Source of the DNA: Candidatus Poribacteria bacterium
GTDB lineage: Bacteria; Poribacteria; WGA-4E; WGA-3G
Reading direction: 5' to 3'
DNA length: 38,324 nt
NCBI GenBank assembly: GCA_022822215.1
Contig: JAJECD010000191.1
Span: forward strand, 1-38,324
Positions 22,231 to 31,366 of this stretch are shown here, piece after piece. Every line of letters starts with the position of its first letter. Positions within the stretch are counted from its first letter, which is position 1. The notes below the pieces were generated by a model that did no database searches, was not told where the DNA came from, and was given only the letters and a program-made list of their open reading frames with translations. A program made the position numbers and the translations under genes.

Positions 22231-23069
22231 TAAAAAGTATACCGCAAACCGTTAAAAATTTCCACATCATGTTTTCGGATAGTGGTCGGAGGTTCGCTAT
22301 CGTATCGGAAATTGACTCGCAACGGAAACGCCAATTTTGTTGTCAAACGGAAAGTCACGCTTCCCTCAAAGAGAATACGATAGTCTTGAAAACGCCGCAC
22401 GTGGAATTGATAATACCCCGTTGCGCCGGTCGTGATCCGTTCATCTAACCGCCATGTCCAGTTGATATAGTTTGTTGCGCGAACGATGCGGGTTGTGATT
22501 TCGCCGAGTGTTTTGTCATTAATACGTTCATGCTCCCACATGGCACCGACACCGAGATAAACCTTAAATCTGGAATTGGGTGAATATAATCCAAACCTCG
22601 CACCGCCACCTGCTAAATTCCGGTCGTTCAATAAAATGGATTCGTTGAATTGTTTCTGAATGAACGATTCGACAAAGAGGTGCTGCGTTAGACGCCGTAT
22701 AATTCGCGCATGCGCCATGCCTTTATTTATAAAGAACTCACCGCTTCTTCTACCTTCTTGGAGGCTTCCGAAGACAAAACCGTGATAGGTTTTTGACAGG
22801 TAATCTGATCGAAATCGGGTCCGCGCCGTGAGCAGGTCTGTGTTTCCCGTGCGATAGGTCAAATCCATCGTGATGCTGTTATACCAACCCGGTTCCAGCT
22901 GCATCTGTTTTGTCGTTTCATCCGTAAAAATATTAACTTGCGCTGCGAGGGGGAAACAGAAGGTAAGACATAAGACAAAACAAGTACCCAGAATCTGTCT
23001 GTATCTGTCCTGATCGGCAGTGTCGTTAGCAAGGTACATTTGGTTTTCTATAATTGCAAGGCGTGCCAT
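22230..23069 (-). CDS. Outer-membrane beta-barrel protein, possibly DUF481/YdiY-like
   Basis: Signal-like ILGTCFVLCLTFCFPLAAQ, alternating-strand pattern, C-terminal ...FNGLRYTF. Start uncertain (Met at 23069 or 23039). Confidence 0.55.
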   Translation of the reverse strand: MARLAIIENQMYLANDTADQDRYRQILGTCFVLCLTFCFPLAAQVNIFTDETTKQMQLEPGWYNSITMDLTYRTGNTDLLTARTRFRSDYLSKTYHGFVFGSLQEGRRSGEFFINKGMAHARIIRRLTQHLFVESFIQKQFNESILLNDRNLAGGGARFGLYSPNSRFKVYLGVGAMWEHERINDKTLGEITTRIVRATNYINWTWRLDERITTGATGYYQFHVRRFQDYRILFEGSVTFRLTTKLAFPLRVNFRYDSEPPTTIRKHDVEIFNGLRYTF

Positions 23070-23093
23070 TGTGGAGGAAATTAAAAAAATAAC

Positions 23094-23122
23094 TTGCCTA
23101 TTTTTGATATATCTGATACACT
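23094..23122 (+). promoter_or_regulatory. Candidate sigma70-type promoter for the 23225 gene
   Basis: TTGCCT (23094-23099), a 17-nt spacer, then TACACT (23117-23122). Confidence 0.35.
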
Positions 23123-23224
23123 ATTCAAACCAGTTTGGGTGGCACTGCGAAGCATGCCGACAAGGTATGTCTGCCACCCTCCGACCTTCGCAGGGGGATA
23201 AATCAACTGGCACTGGAACACCCG

Positions 23225-23596
23225 ATGAAAAAGATACTCGTTCTCTCGATACTCTTCTGTGCAATCGCGATGCCAACTCTTGGGGAGTTGACAGATGCGG
23301 ATCTTGATAAAATTCGCTTGATTGTCAATGATTCCGAAAAGCGTGTTAAAGAGGAAGTCAAAGCAGAGATCGCTATAACCCACACAAAAATAGACGGTTT
23401 AGACACTCGGTTGCGAAACGTCGAAACGGACATTGCAAAGTTGCGTGGACACCGGATCGCTCTTTCGGCAATAAAAGACTGGGGCGTAGTTCTCTGCGCT
23501 TTAGGTGCTTTGATTGTATCAATCATTGCTTTACGGAAAAAGCAGCCCACCCGCCCACAGAACGCACAGGATGTCCCCAAAGCAGTGTCTGAATAA
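23225..23596 (+). CDS. Small exported coiled-coil protein with a C-terminal TM anchor, unknown function
   Basis: MKKILVLSILFCAIAMPTLG signal, heptad-rich middle, WGVVLCALGALIVSIIAL anchor. The 23135 extension lacks an RBS and overlaps the structured leader. Confidence 0.6.
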   Translation: MKKILVLSILFCAIAMPTLGELTDADLDKIRLIVNDSEKRVKEEVKAEIAITHTKIDGLDTRLRNVETDIAKLRGHRIALSAIKDWGVVLCALGALIVSIIALRKKQPTRPQNAQDVPKAVSE

Positions 23597-23607
23597 GAAA
23601 GCAAACG

Positions 23608-24570
23608 ATGCAACGAATCCTCATAGATACCGACCCAGGTGTAGACGACGCTTATGCGATTTTCCTCGCCATGCGTTCGCCTGAATTGTGTGTAGAAGCG
23701 ATAACGACTGTCTGCGGAAATGTTCCGGTCGAACAGGCAACGCAAAACCTGCTCACTATTCTCGGATCGCTTGACTTAGATGAATTTCCCCTTATTGCCC
23801 AAGGCGAAGCAGCGCCCCTTGTAAAATCTCTCGTAACAGCCGCACACGTCCACGGTGATGACGGATTGGGCAATACCAGTCATCTGCGAGATACCGATGG
23901 CAATCCACGCTACTCCCCCGCGAATACCACACTCTCATCACTGTCAGGAGTTGATCTCATTCTCGAGGCAGCCTCACAGTATCCCGATGAGTTAATCATC
24001 GTAGCACTCGGTCCGCTGACGAACCTTGCAAAAGCGATCCGTAAAGATGCTGCTAAGATGCGAAGGCTTCGGAAAATAATCGTGATGGGTGGTGCTTTTG
24101 AGGACTACGGTAACGTTACAACGACAGCGGAATTCAACATCTTCGTCGATCCGCATGCTGCCCAAGAAGTCTTCCAATTCGACGTGCCTGTTCATATCTT
24201 TCCACTTGACGCAACACACCAAGTTATTCTGACGGGTGAACGCTTACGCGCTGAAATTGAAGGGCGAGACGATAATATTTCTCGCTTTCTCTGGGATGCG
24301 ACACAAACCTGCATGGAATTCTATCGTCAACACGTCGGGTTCTGGGGATTTCATATCCACGATGCTCTCCCCATTGCCGCGTTAACATCCCCAGACTATT
24401 TTGAGAGTGTTGATGCGTCGGTACAGGTCGAAACCGAAGGCGATTTGACGAACGGTATGACGGTTGCCGATTTACGTCCTGAACGCCAACCTCACAATCC
24501 AAATGCACAAGTCTGCGTGAAGGTAGCTGCCGAGGCGTTTTTGGATAGGTTTTTCGAGAGGCTTCGCTAA
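23608..24570 (+). CDS. Inosine/uridine-preferring nucleoside hydrolase family protein
   Basis: N-terminal ILIDTDPGVDDAYAI (DxDxxxDD Ca-binding fingerprint). ~320 aa. Confidence 0.9.
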   Translation: MQRILIDTDPGVDDAYAIFLAMRSPELCVEAITTVCGNVPVEQATQNLLTILGSLDLDEFPLIAQGEAAPLVKSLVTAAHVHGDDGLGNTSHLRDTDGNPRYSPANTTLSSLSGVDLILEAASQYPDELIIVALGPLTNLAKAIRKDAAKMRRLRKIIVMGGAFEDYGNVTTTAEFNIFVDPHAAQEVFQFDVPVHIFPLDATHQVILTGERLRAEIEGRDDNISRFLWDATQTCMEFYRQHVGFWGFHIHDALPIAALTSPDYFESVDASVQVETEGDLTNGMTVADLRPERQPHNPNAQVCVKVAAEAFLDRFFERLR

Positions 24571-25088
24571 AACGTGTTTATTCCACCGAGCGGGTGATTC
24601 GGAATATAGCGGAGATCGTTGTAGGGATCACGCTGGAGCATCAGCGGCACTTCCAGTTTCGGGAGTTTCAAGTCCGCGAATTTGACCCGTTGTGCATCTG
24701 TGAGTTCTAAGGCGACCTCTTCAATGAGTTTATTGATTTCATGCATGAAGATCTCGCGTTGCCTCAGAAACTTGCGTGCCTCATCCCGGAAGGCATTGAG
24801 TTCCCGTCGGGTTCGCATGTCCGTGAAGCCGCTTTCATATCGATCGTAATACCGATTTGTGAGACCGGCGCGAAACACCTGATAATCCGCCTCTAACTGC
24901 TTCTTCTCAAAGTCGTAATCATCAACAATATCGCGAATCAGTTTCAATTTCGGCTGGATGGTCTGCTGTTGGACCGTTGTGAGTTGAAGTACGGTTGTAC
25001 TTTTGGGGACATCCAGTAATTTGGTGCCGCCACATGCTTGCAACAGACCACAGAGGAGTAGAATGAGGAACATCTTGACGTTTCTCAT
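24567..25088 (-). CDS. Hypothetical lipoprotein
   Basis: MRNVKMFLILLLCGLLQACGG lipobox. GGAGA RBS before ATG 25088. It lies 30 nt downstream of the M32 gene stop. Confidence 0.65.
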   Translation of the reverse strand: MRNVKMFLILLLCGLLQACGGTKLLDVPKSTTVLQLTTVQQQTIQPKLKLIRDIVDDYDFEKKQLEADYQVFRAGLTNRYYDRYESGFTDMRTRRELNAFRDEARKFLRQREIFMHEINKLIEEVALELTDAQRVKFADLKLPKLEVPLMLQRDPYNDLRYIPNHPLGGINTF

Positions 25089-25118
25089 AATCAGTTCTCC
25101 ATTTATTCGGATATACAC

Positions 25119-26690
25119 TTACGAGGCACCCTCACCCGGCCACGCCTTGACCATATCTTCCCATTGCTGAGTGCCAGCATCGCCTAAATCGTAAAAATAT
25201 CCATATTTCAGTTTAAGATATGCGATATAAGGTTTAATGGACAGGGGACTCCCCGTTGCGCGTTCAACGATTTCGGGTGCCGTGTACTTTGACCCGTGTT
25301 GGTAAAGGTTCTCTTTCAACCAATTGTGAAGCGTCCTGAACTGACCTTTCCTCTTAATTTCCGTAGGGATTTCCGGGTGTGCTTTAAAGGCAGAGACGTA
25401 AAATTGCGAGGCTAAGATATTGCCGAGTGTGTACCCTTGAAATCCGCCACCGATGAGGCTATAATACCAGTGTACATCTTGCAAAACACCGTCCTTGTCA
25501 TCTGGTGGCACGATGCCGAAATCGGCTTCAAAGCGTTCACGCCACGCGTTACGGAGGTCTCGGATCTCAAGTTTACCTTCTAACAGTGCCAATTCAAGAT
25601 CAAAGCGCAGCATAACGTGGAGGTTATATGTCACCTCGTCGGCATTTGTGCGGATGAGAGAGCATTCTACTTTGTTAATGGCGCGATTGAATGTATCCCG
25701 CGACACATCACCGAGTTGTTCAGGAAAAACGCTTTGGAGTTTTGGATAGTAATAATACCAAAACCCACGACTCCGCCCAACCAGATTCTCCCAGAGTCTC
25801 GACTGACTTTCGTGGACGCCGGAGGAGGTGCCACGGGCGAGCGGTGACCCTTCAAAATCCATGCGGATGCCTTGCTCATACAGCGCGTGTCCCGTCTCAT
25901 GGAGCGTGCTGAACAACGCATCACCGAGAAAATTTTCCTTTGTTCGCGTCGTAATCCTAACATCGCCGAGTGAGAACTTCGTCATAAATGGATGGTGCGT
26001 CTTATCTTGCCGTCCACGATTCATATCGTAACCGAACTGCTTCGCAACTTCTAATCCAAATTCGAGTTGTTTTTCTTCTGGAAAGTATTGGTGCAAACAC
26101 GAATCATCGGCGGGTTCCTGTGATGTGATGGCGGCAACAATTGGAACGAGTTCTGCCCGGAGTTCGGCGAAGATACGACTCACTTCTGTCGCTTTCATCC
26201 CGTACTCGCTCGCTTCGATGAGTGGGTCTGCGATATGATCGTAGCCCGGAAAGAAATTTGCTGCCTGCCGACTATAATCCAGCGTTTTTTCCAAGTACGG
26301 GCGGACCCGCGCAAAGTCGTTTGCCGGACGCGCCTCGGTCCACACCTGAAAAGATTCCGCAGAGTGATTTGCCACCTCGGCTGTGAATTCTGCAGGTATT
26401 TTAATGGCGCGTTCATATTTTCGGCGTGTAACGCGGATCAGACTCGCTTCGTCGGAATCGTAGGAGAGACTTTTTTCGTAAGATTCAAGGGCATCAAGCA
26501 ATTTCCCGATGGCGGGGTCTGTAAATTTTTCGTGTGACAAACGACTGAGCGTTGCCATTTGACGACCTCTCGCTGCGGCACCGCCGGGGGGCATATAGGT
26601 GGATTGGTCCCAATGGAGCAATCCCGCAGCGGACGATATATCGTTCACCTCAAGCAGCCGGGTTTTAAGTTCCTGAAATTTTGCTTCCAC
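25119..26690 (-). CDS. M32 carboxypeptidase (Taq-type metallocarboxypeptidase)
   Basis: HETGHALYEQG (HEXXH), HPF, DVRITTR, GVHESQSRLWEN and LQDVHWY are all M32 signature segments. GTG start with GAGGAGA RBS. Confidence 0.9.
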   Translation of the reverse strand: MEAKFQELKTRLLEVNDISSAAGLLHWDQSTYMPPGGAAARGRQMATLSRLSHEKFTDPAIGKLLDALESYEKSLSYDSDEASLIRVTRRKYERAIKIPAEFTAEVANHSAESFQVWTEARPANDFARVRPYLEKTLDYSRQAANFFPGYDHIADPLIEASEYGMKATEVSRIFAELRAELVPIVAAITSQEPADDSCLHQYFPEEKQLEFGLEVAKQFGYDMNRGRQDKTHHPFMTKFSLGDVRITTRTKENFLGDALFSTLHETGHALYEQGIRMDFEGSPLARGTSSGVHESQSRLWENLVGRSRGFWYYYYPKLQSVFPEQLGDVSRDTFNRAINKVECSLIRTNADEVTYNLHVMLRFDLELALLEGKLEIRDLRNAWRERFEADFGIVPPDDKDGVLQDVHWYYSLIGGGFQGYTLGNILASQFYVSAFKAHPEIPTEIKRKGQFRTLHNWLKENLYQHGSKYTAPEIVERATGSPLSIKPYIAYLKLKYGYFYDLGDAGTQQWEDMVKAWPGEGAS

Positions 26691-26882
26691 AATGTTCTCC
26701 TCGCTTGTAATTTAATATTATGTGAGTCTGGTACAGATAATATAGCACGATTCGCCTCTGAAAACCAAGTAAAAACCGACAGCCATTCTGCTGACAGTCT
26801 TGTGGAACGCCTTTCCTTTTTCCGACGATGATAACAAATTACAAAAATTTTGAATTTTGTCTTATTTTCGTAACAATTAAAT

Positions 26883-26890
26883 GCTATAAT
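26883..26890 (+). promoter_or_regulatory. Extended -10 element (TGcTATAAT) upstream of pstS
   Basis: tgctataat at 26882-26890, about 33 nt upstream of the start, with AAGGAAGG RBS at 26907-26914. There is no good -35; an AT-rich phased region replaces it. Confidence 0.4.
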
Positions 26891-26922
26891 TTACGGTAAA
26901 ATCAAGCAAGGAAGGCAAATTG

Positions 26923-27843
26923 ATGCGGATGAATAGTCGGTTCAGTTATCTTATCATAAAAATCATTCTCGTTTTGGCGTATGGTTTTGTTATCAGCAGT
27001 TGTTCGCCGAAAGATAGCGAAAGTGTGGCGAGTAAAGCGGCTTCTCATGTCACCATCAAGAACAAAGGCTCGGATACAATGGTGAATCTCGCGCAGGCGT
27101 GGGCAGAAATGTACACAGGGGTCACCAGCAGTGCATCCGTAGAGGTATCGGGTGGCGGTTCTGGGACAGGTGTTGCTGCACTCATCAACGGCACCGTAGA
27201 CATTGCTAACTGCAGTCGCCAAATTAAACCCAAAGAGTTGGAACTTGCAACGCAAAATACAGGCAAAGCCCCTCAGGAATTTATTGTCGGGTACGATGCC
27301 CTTGCGGTTTATGTCCATCATGATACACCCATTGATAAGATTACAATCCCACAGCTCGCGGAAATCTATGGTGAAAACGGCACGATAAAAGAGTGGCGCC
27401 ATCTCGGTATCACGCATACTGCCTGTCCAAGCGACAAAATTATTCGCATCAGTCGGCAATCTAATTCGGGGACGTATTTCTATTTCCGAGAGGCACTTCT
27501 TGGGACAGATCGCGACTTTCGTATCGGTTCGTTGGATTTGCACGGCTCTAAAGATGTGGTGGAAGTTATTGGAAGAACGCCCTGCGCGATTGGCTACAGC
27601 GGTATGGGGTATGCCACCTCACATGTCAAAATGTTAGAAATCGCTACGACCTCCGATGCACCTTACTATGCCCCGACCCTTAAAAATGTCCTCGCGAAAA
27701 CCTATCCTATCGCCCGTCCGCTTTACATGTACGCCTTGGGTGAACCGACAGGCGCAATTAAAGCATATCTCGACTGGATTTTGTCTGCCGAAGGTCAAAA
27801 AATTGTCGAAAAACTCGGTTTCGTCCCATTAGAAAGTAACTAA
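26923..27843 (+). CDS. pstS: Phosphate ABC transporter substrate-binding protein PstS
   Basis: Signal or lipo-type N-terminus (...VISSCSP). GSDTMVNLAQAWAE..., SGGGSGTG and GYSGMGY are typical of PstS-family PBPs. It sits first in a pstSCAB-phoU context. Start is 26920 (TTG) or 26923 (ATG). Confidence 0.88.
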   Translation: MRMNSRFSYLIIKIILVLAYGFVISSCSPKDSESVASKAASHVTIKNKGSDTMVNLAQAWAEMYTGVTSSASVEVSGGGSGTGVAALINGTVDIANCSRQIKPKELELATQNTGKAPQEFIVGYDALAVYVHHDTPIDKITIPQLAEIYGENGTIKEWRHLGITHTACPSDKIIRISRQSNSGTYFYFREALLGTDRDFRIGSLDLHGSKDVVEVIGRTPCAIGYSGMGYATSHVKMLEIATTSDAPYYAPTLKNVLAKTYPIARPLYMYALGEPTGAIKAYLDWILSAEGQKIVEKLGFVPLESN

Positions 27844-27849
27844 AAATAT

Positions 27850-28755
27850 ATGAACATTCTACGCAAAAAAAGCACAGCGAACCTGCCGTTTTCCGAAACA
27901 GCAATTGAACTGTTTATTCGCTTATGTGGTATTAGTTCTATTCTCTTTGTATTCGGTATCTTTTTCTTTGTATTTCGCGAAGGGGCAGGCTTCCTTTTCA
28001 ACGGTTTAGACGTGAAGGAGTTTCTGACAAGTGTAGAATGGCAACCGACCTCACTCAATAATAAAAGATATGGGGCGTTCGCACTGATAGTTGGCACTTT
28101 TAGCGTCACGATCTTGGCGATGTGTCTCGCCGTTCCGTTTGGACTCGGCGCAGCGGTCTTTGTATCAGAATTCTGTAGCCCGAAGTTCAGAGAGACTTTC
28201 AAGATTATCATCGAGCTGCTCGCTGCGATCCCGTCGGTTGTGTGGGGGTTCATTGGATTGACGTTGATGAACCAATTGATTATTGTTGTCTTTAAAGCAC
28301 CCATCGGTTTAACGATGCTCAACGGGGGCATTATGTTGGCGTTGATGAGTGTCCCGATCATCGTTTCTATAGCGGAGGATGCCCTAAAAGCCGTACCAGA
28401 TTCGTATCGCGAGGCAGCGGAGGCACTCGGCGCAACCCGATGGCAGGTGGTTTACCGTGTGCTTCTCCCTGCGGCAAAAAACGGACTATTGGCAGCTGTC
28501 TTGCTCGGTGCCGCACGTTCTATCGGTGAAACAATGGCGGTCCTAATGGCAACCGGACACTCCGTTAACATTCCGTCGGGTCCGCTTTCTTGGATTCGCA
28601 CGCTAACCGCGACAATCGCCGCAGAACTCGGGGAAGTCGCCAGAGGCGATGAACATTACCAAGTCCTCTTTATCATCGGTATTCTCCTCTTTACTATCAC
28701 ATTTGTCGTGAACCTCATCGCTGATTTGGTTATCAAAGGCATCCGTCAAGAGTAA
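27850..28755 (+). CDS. pstC: Phosphate ABC transporter permease PstC
   Basis: EAA-loop region DSYREAAEALGATRWQVVYRVLLPAAKNGL...RSIGETMAV. Six hydrophobic spans. Confidence 0.9.
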   Translation: MNILRKKSTANLPFSETAIELFIRLCGISSILFVFGIFFFVFREGAGFLFNGLDVKEFLTSVEWQPTSLNNKRYGAFALIVGTFSVTILAMCLAVPFGLGAAVFVSEFCSPKFRETFKIIIELLAAIPSVVWGFIGLTLMNQLIIVVFKAPIGLTMLNGGIMLALMSVPIIVSIAEDALKAVPDSYREAAEALGATRWQVVYRVLLPAAKNGLLAAVLLGAARSIGETMAVLMATGHSVNIPSGPLSWIRTLTATIAAELGEVARGDEHYQVLFIIGILLFTITFVVNLIADLVIKGIRQE

Positions 28756-28798
28756 TACCTTGTGAAACAGAAAGGCATTTTAAGGATAATACGGAGAT

Positions 28799-29716
28799 AT
28801 GAACACTGACATACAGGTATCGCCACAAGAGATGTTTACGGAAACACCGATTGACCGGCAAAAACGGCGTATAGAAGGCATAATGCGGGTTTTCCTGCTT
28901 GTAATAACAAGTATGATGATTCTCCCGTTGCTTCTTATTATCGGCTATCTCCTTTATAAGGCGCTGCCGGTCCTCTCTTTTGAATTTCTGTTTACGAACC
29001 CGAAAGACAACATGCGTGCCGGTGGACTCTGGGCACCCTTCCTTGGAACGATCTATTTAGTGGTTGTATCTCTATTGGTGTCTGCCCCGATCGGTGTATT
29101 CGCTGCTGTGTATCTCAACGAGTATGCCCGTGAGAATTGGTTTACACGGATCACAAATTTGGCTGTTGTGAATCTGGCTGGCGTGCCGAGTATTGTACAT
29201 GCCCTGTTCGGGGTCGGTGCATTTGTCCTCTTTGCCGGTTTAGGTGAATCTATACTCGCAGCGTCATTGACGCTTGCAATCATGACGCTGCCGGTGATTA
29301 TCGCCAGTACAACGGAGGCACTTAAAGCCGTGCCGATGTCCTTTCGGGAGGCGTGCTGGAATCTGGGAGCGACACGCTGGCAAACAATTCGCCGTATTGT
29401 GCTACCCAACTCGATTAGCGGTATCCTGACGGGTGTGATTCTACAGGTATCGCGCGCAGCGGGTGAAACGGCACCTATCATGTTCACCGGTGCGGTTTTC
29501 TATAAGGCTATTGCAGAAGGAAACCTTTTCGCCTATAATATAATGGAACAGTGTATGGCACTCTCCCTACATCTTTTTACAATTTCAACACAGGTGCCAG
29601 ATGTTACCGAGGGAATTCCGTACGGGACTGCAATAGTGCTTGTCGCCACTGTTTTACTCGTCAACGCCGCATCAATTGCGCTAAGGGTTTATCTCCGAAC
29701 TCGAAAGAAATGGTAA
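28799..29716 (+). CDS. pstA: Phosphate ABC transporter permease PstA
   Basis: MSFREACWNLGATRWQTIRRIVLPNSISGILTG...RAAGETAPIMFTG. GGAG RBS. Confidence 0.9.
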   Translation: MNTDIQVSPQEMFTETPIDRQKRRIEGIMRVFLLVITSMMILPLLLIIGYLLYKALPVLSFEFLFTNPKDNMRAGGLWAPFLGTIYLVVVSLLVSAPIGVFAAVYLNEYARENWFTRITNLAVVNLAGVPSIVHALFGVGAFVLFAGLGESILAASLTLAIMTLPVIIASTTEALKAVPMSFREACWNLGATRWQTIRRIVLPNSISGILTGVILQVSRAAGETAPIMFTGAVFYKAIAEGNLFAYNIMEQCMALSLHLFTISTQVPDVTEGIPYGTAIVLVATVLLVNAASIALRVYLRTRKKW

Positions 29717-29720
29717 AAGG

Positions 29721-29776
29721 GTTGTCAGTTATCGGTTATCGGTTTTCAGTTAAGAGGAACTGACAACTGCTAACTA
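29721..29776 (+). repeat. Heptad-phased spacer with a 10-bp perfect inverted repeat between pstA and the channel gene
   Basis: gttgtca gttatcg gttatcg gttttca gttaaga ggaactg acaactg ctaacta. The inverted repeat is gttgtcagtt (29721-30) / aactgacaac (29758-67). Confidence 0.55.
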
Positions 29777-29783
29777 TAAAAAC

Positions 29784-30539
29784 ATGAATAAAGAAAGACT
29801 ACGATCCCTTGTTGAAGGGAGTGCATTTACCGCCGTCATCCAGTTTCTGATTCTTGCATCCGCTGTCGTTTTTGTGCTTGAATCTGATAGAGATGTGTGG
29901 GGATTAGCCGAGTATGCAACGCATTTTCTTATTTTAGACTGGTTGTTTTTTGTTTTATTTTCAGCAGAATATGTACTCCGGGTCTACATTGAGCCCAGAA
30001 AACGGGATTTCATTTTCAGTTTCTATGGTATAATTGATTTGCTCGCAATTTTACCGTCTCTGTTCCTTCTACCTGGATTTCGTGTGCTACGCGTTCTCCG
30101 ATTCTTGCGGATTTTCAGAATCTTCAAGGCGACGCGTTTTATTCTTGCAGTGGATCGGCTCGCATCAGCACTCCGTGGTATCCAGCAAGAACTCTTAGCA
30201 CTCGCTATTTTATCGTTGATGCTCGTTTATCTCGCTGCATGCGGGATACACTACTTTGAAAGAGATGTCCAACCTGAGGCGTTCGGGACTATTATCGATT
30301 CGATGTGGTGGGCTGTCGTGACCTTGACGACTGTCGGTTATGGAGATGTCTATCCAGAAACAGGAGGTGGAAAGGTTTTCACTGCGCTCGTTACCCTTAT
30401 TGGCGTAGGGCTTATCGCGATTCCTTCTGGATTGTTGGCATCGGCTTTGACTGAGGCGCGCGTGGAACGCGAAATAGCAGAAGAAATAGTGGAGGAAATT
30501 AAAGAAGAAATAACAGAGGAAACGAAAAAAGAAAGTTAA
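29784..30539 (+). CDS. Voltage-gated (6-TM, KvAP-like) potassium channel
   Basis: S4 with basic residues at every third position (FRVLRVLRFLRIFRIFKATRF). Selectivity filter TTVGYGD. S1-S3, S5 and S6 hydrophobic spans. Acidic EEI-repeat tail. Confidence 0.88.
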   Translation: MNKERLRSLVEGSAFTAVIQFLILASAVVFVLESDRDVWGLAEYATHFLILDWLFFVLFSAEYVLRVYIEPRKRDFIFSFYGIIDLLAILPSLFLLPGFRVLRVLRFLRIFRIFKATRFILAVDRLASALRGIQQELLALAILSLMLVYLAACGIHYFERDVQPEAFGTIIDSMWWAVVTLTTVGYGDVYPETGGGKVFTALVTLIGVGLIAIPSGLLASALTEARVEREIAEEIVEEIKEEITEETKKES

Positions 30540-30578
30540 TCTACGGAAAACAGGAATATAAAAAGTGGATAAAACATA

Positions 30579-31364
30579 ATGAACACGAATAGCGATAGGC
30601 GTTCACACACGGCACCTATCATTGAAATCAATGACCTAACGGTCCGGTACGGCGATAAGCCCGCGCTGAACGGAATCTCTTTTGATGTGTATAAAAATGA
30701 GATTCTCGGTATCATCGGCCCCGCGCAGTCGGGTAAGACTACGCTCTTGAAGGTTATCAACAGAACGCTGGAATTTACGGCAGGAACGACCGTAGAAGGT
30801 TCTGTCAAACTCGATGGCGTAGATGTCAACACTGTTGGTGATGTTTATGGCTTGCGTCGAAAGATCGGTATGGTGTTGCCGTTGCCGGTAGGACTACCCC
30901 TTTCAATATACGATAACGTCGCTTTCGCACCACGGACAGCAGGCGTTCGGGCAAAATCAGAATTAGACGAAATCGTTGAGCGGTGTCTACAGCAAGCTGC
31001 GCTCTGGGATGAAGTAAAAGATAGGTTGAATACGCTGGGGACGAAGCTCTCAGGTGGACAACAACAACGCCTTACAATCGCTCGGGCGCTTTCGCATCAA
31101 CCGGAGATCCTCTGTCTTGATGAGTTTTCGATTGCCGTTGATCCTATTACAACGATGCGTATTGAAGATGTCCTGAAAGAGTTACGTGCGGAAATGACGA
31201 TTCTTCTGGTTACCAACCTTGTTCAACAGGCGAAACGGTTAGCAAACCGCACGGCTTTTATGCTCAATGGCGATCTCGTTGAGATTGATACAACCGATGT
31301 AATTTTTTCTGACAGCCCGGGAAGTCAAGCCACTTACGATTACGTCAACGGCACTTTTGGATAA
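30579..31364 (+). CDS. pstB: PstB paralog 1: signature motif intact, Q-loop Gln and switch His lost
   Basis: GPAQSGKT, MVLPLP (no Q), LSGGQQQRLTIARAL, LCLDEF..VDP, VTNLV (no H), C-terminal Y.NG.FG like PstB. Confidence 0.85.
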   Translation: MNTNSDRRSHTAPIIEINDLTVRYGDKPALNGISFDVYKNEILGIIGPAQSGKTTLLKVINRTLEFTAGTTVEGSVKLDGVDVNTVGDVYGLRRKIGMVLPLPVGLPLSIYDNVAFAPRTAGVRAKSELDEIVERCLQQAALWDEVKDRLNTLGTKLSGGQQQRLTIARALSHQPEILCLDEFSIAVDPITTMRIEDVLKELRAEMTILLVTNLVQQAKRLANRTAFMLNGDLVEIDTTDVIFSDSPGSQATYDYVNGTFG

Positions 31365-31366
31365 AA

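Noticed and set aside
23203-23745. 180-aa minus-strand ORF.
   Set aside because: It lies antisense across two plus-strand genes with clear family or topology signals (coiled-coil anchor protein, nucleoside hydrolase). It has no RBS or recognisable motif.
26902-28361. 213-aa (26902..27543) and 173-aa (27840..28361) minus-strand ORFs.
   Set aside because: They are antisense to pstS and pstC, whose identities are unambiguous.
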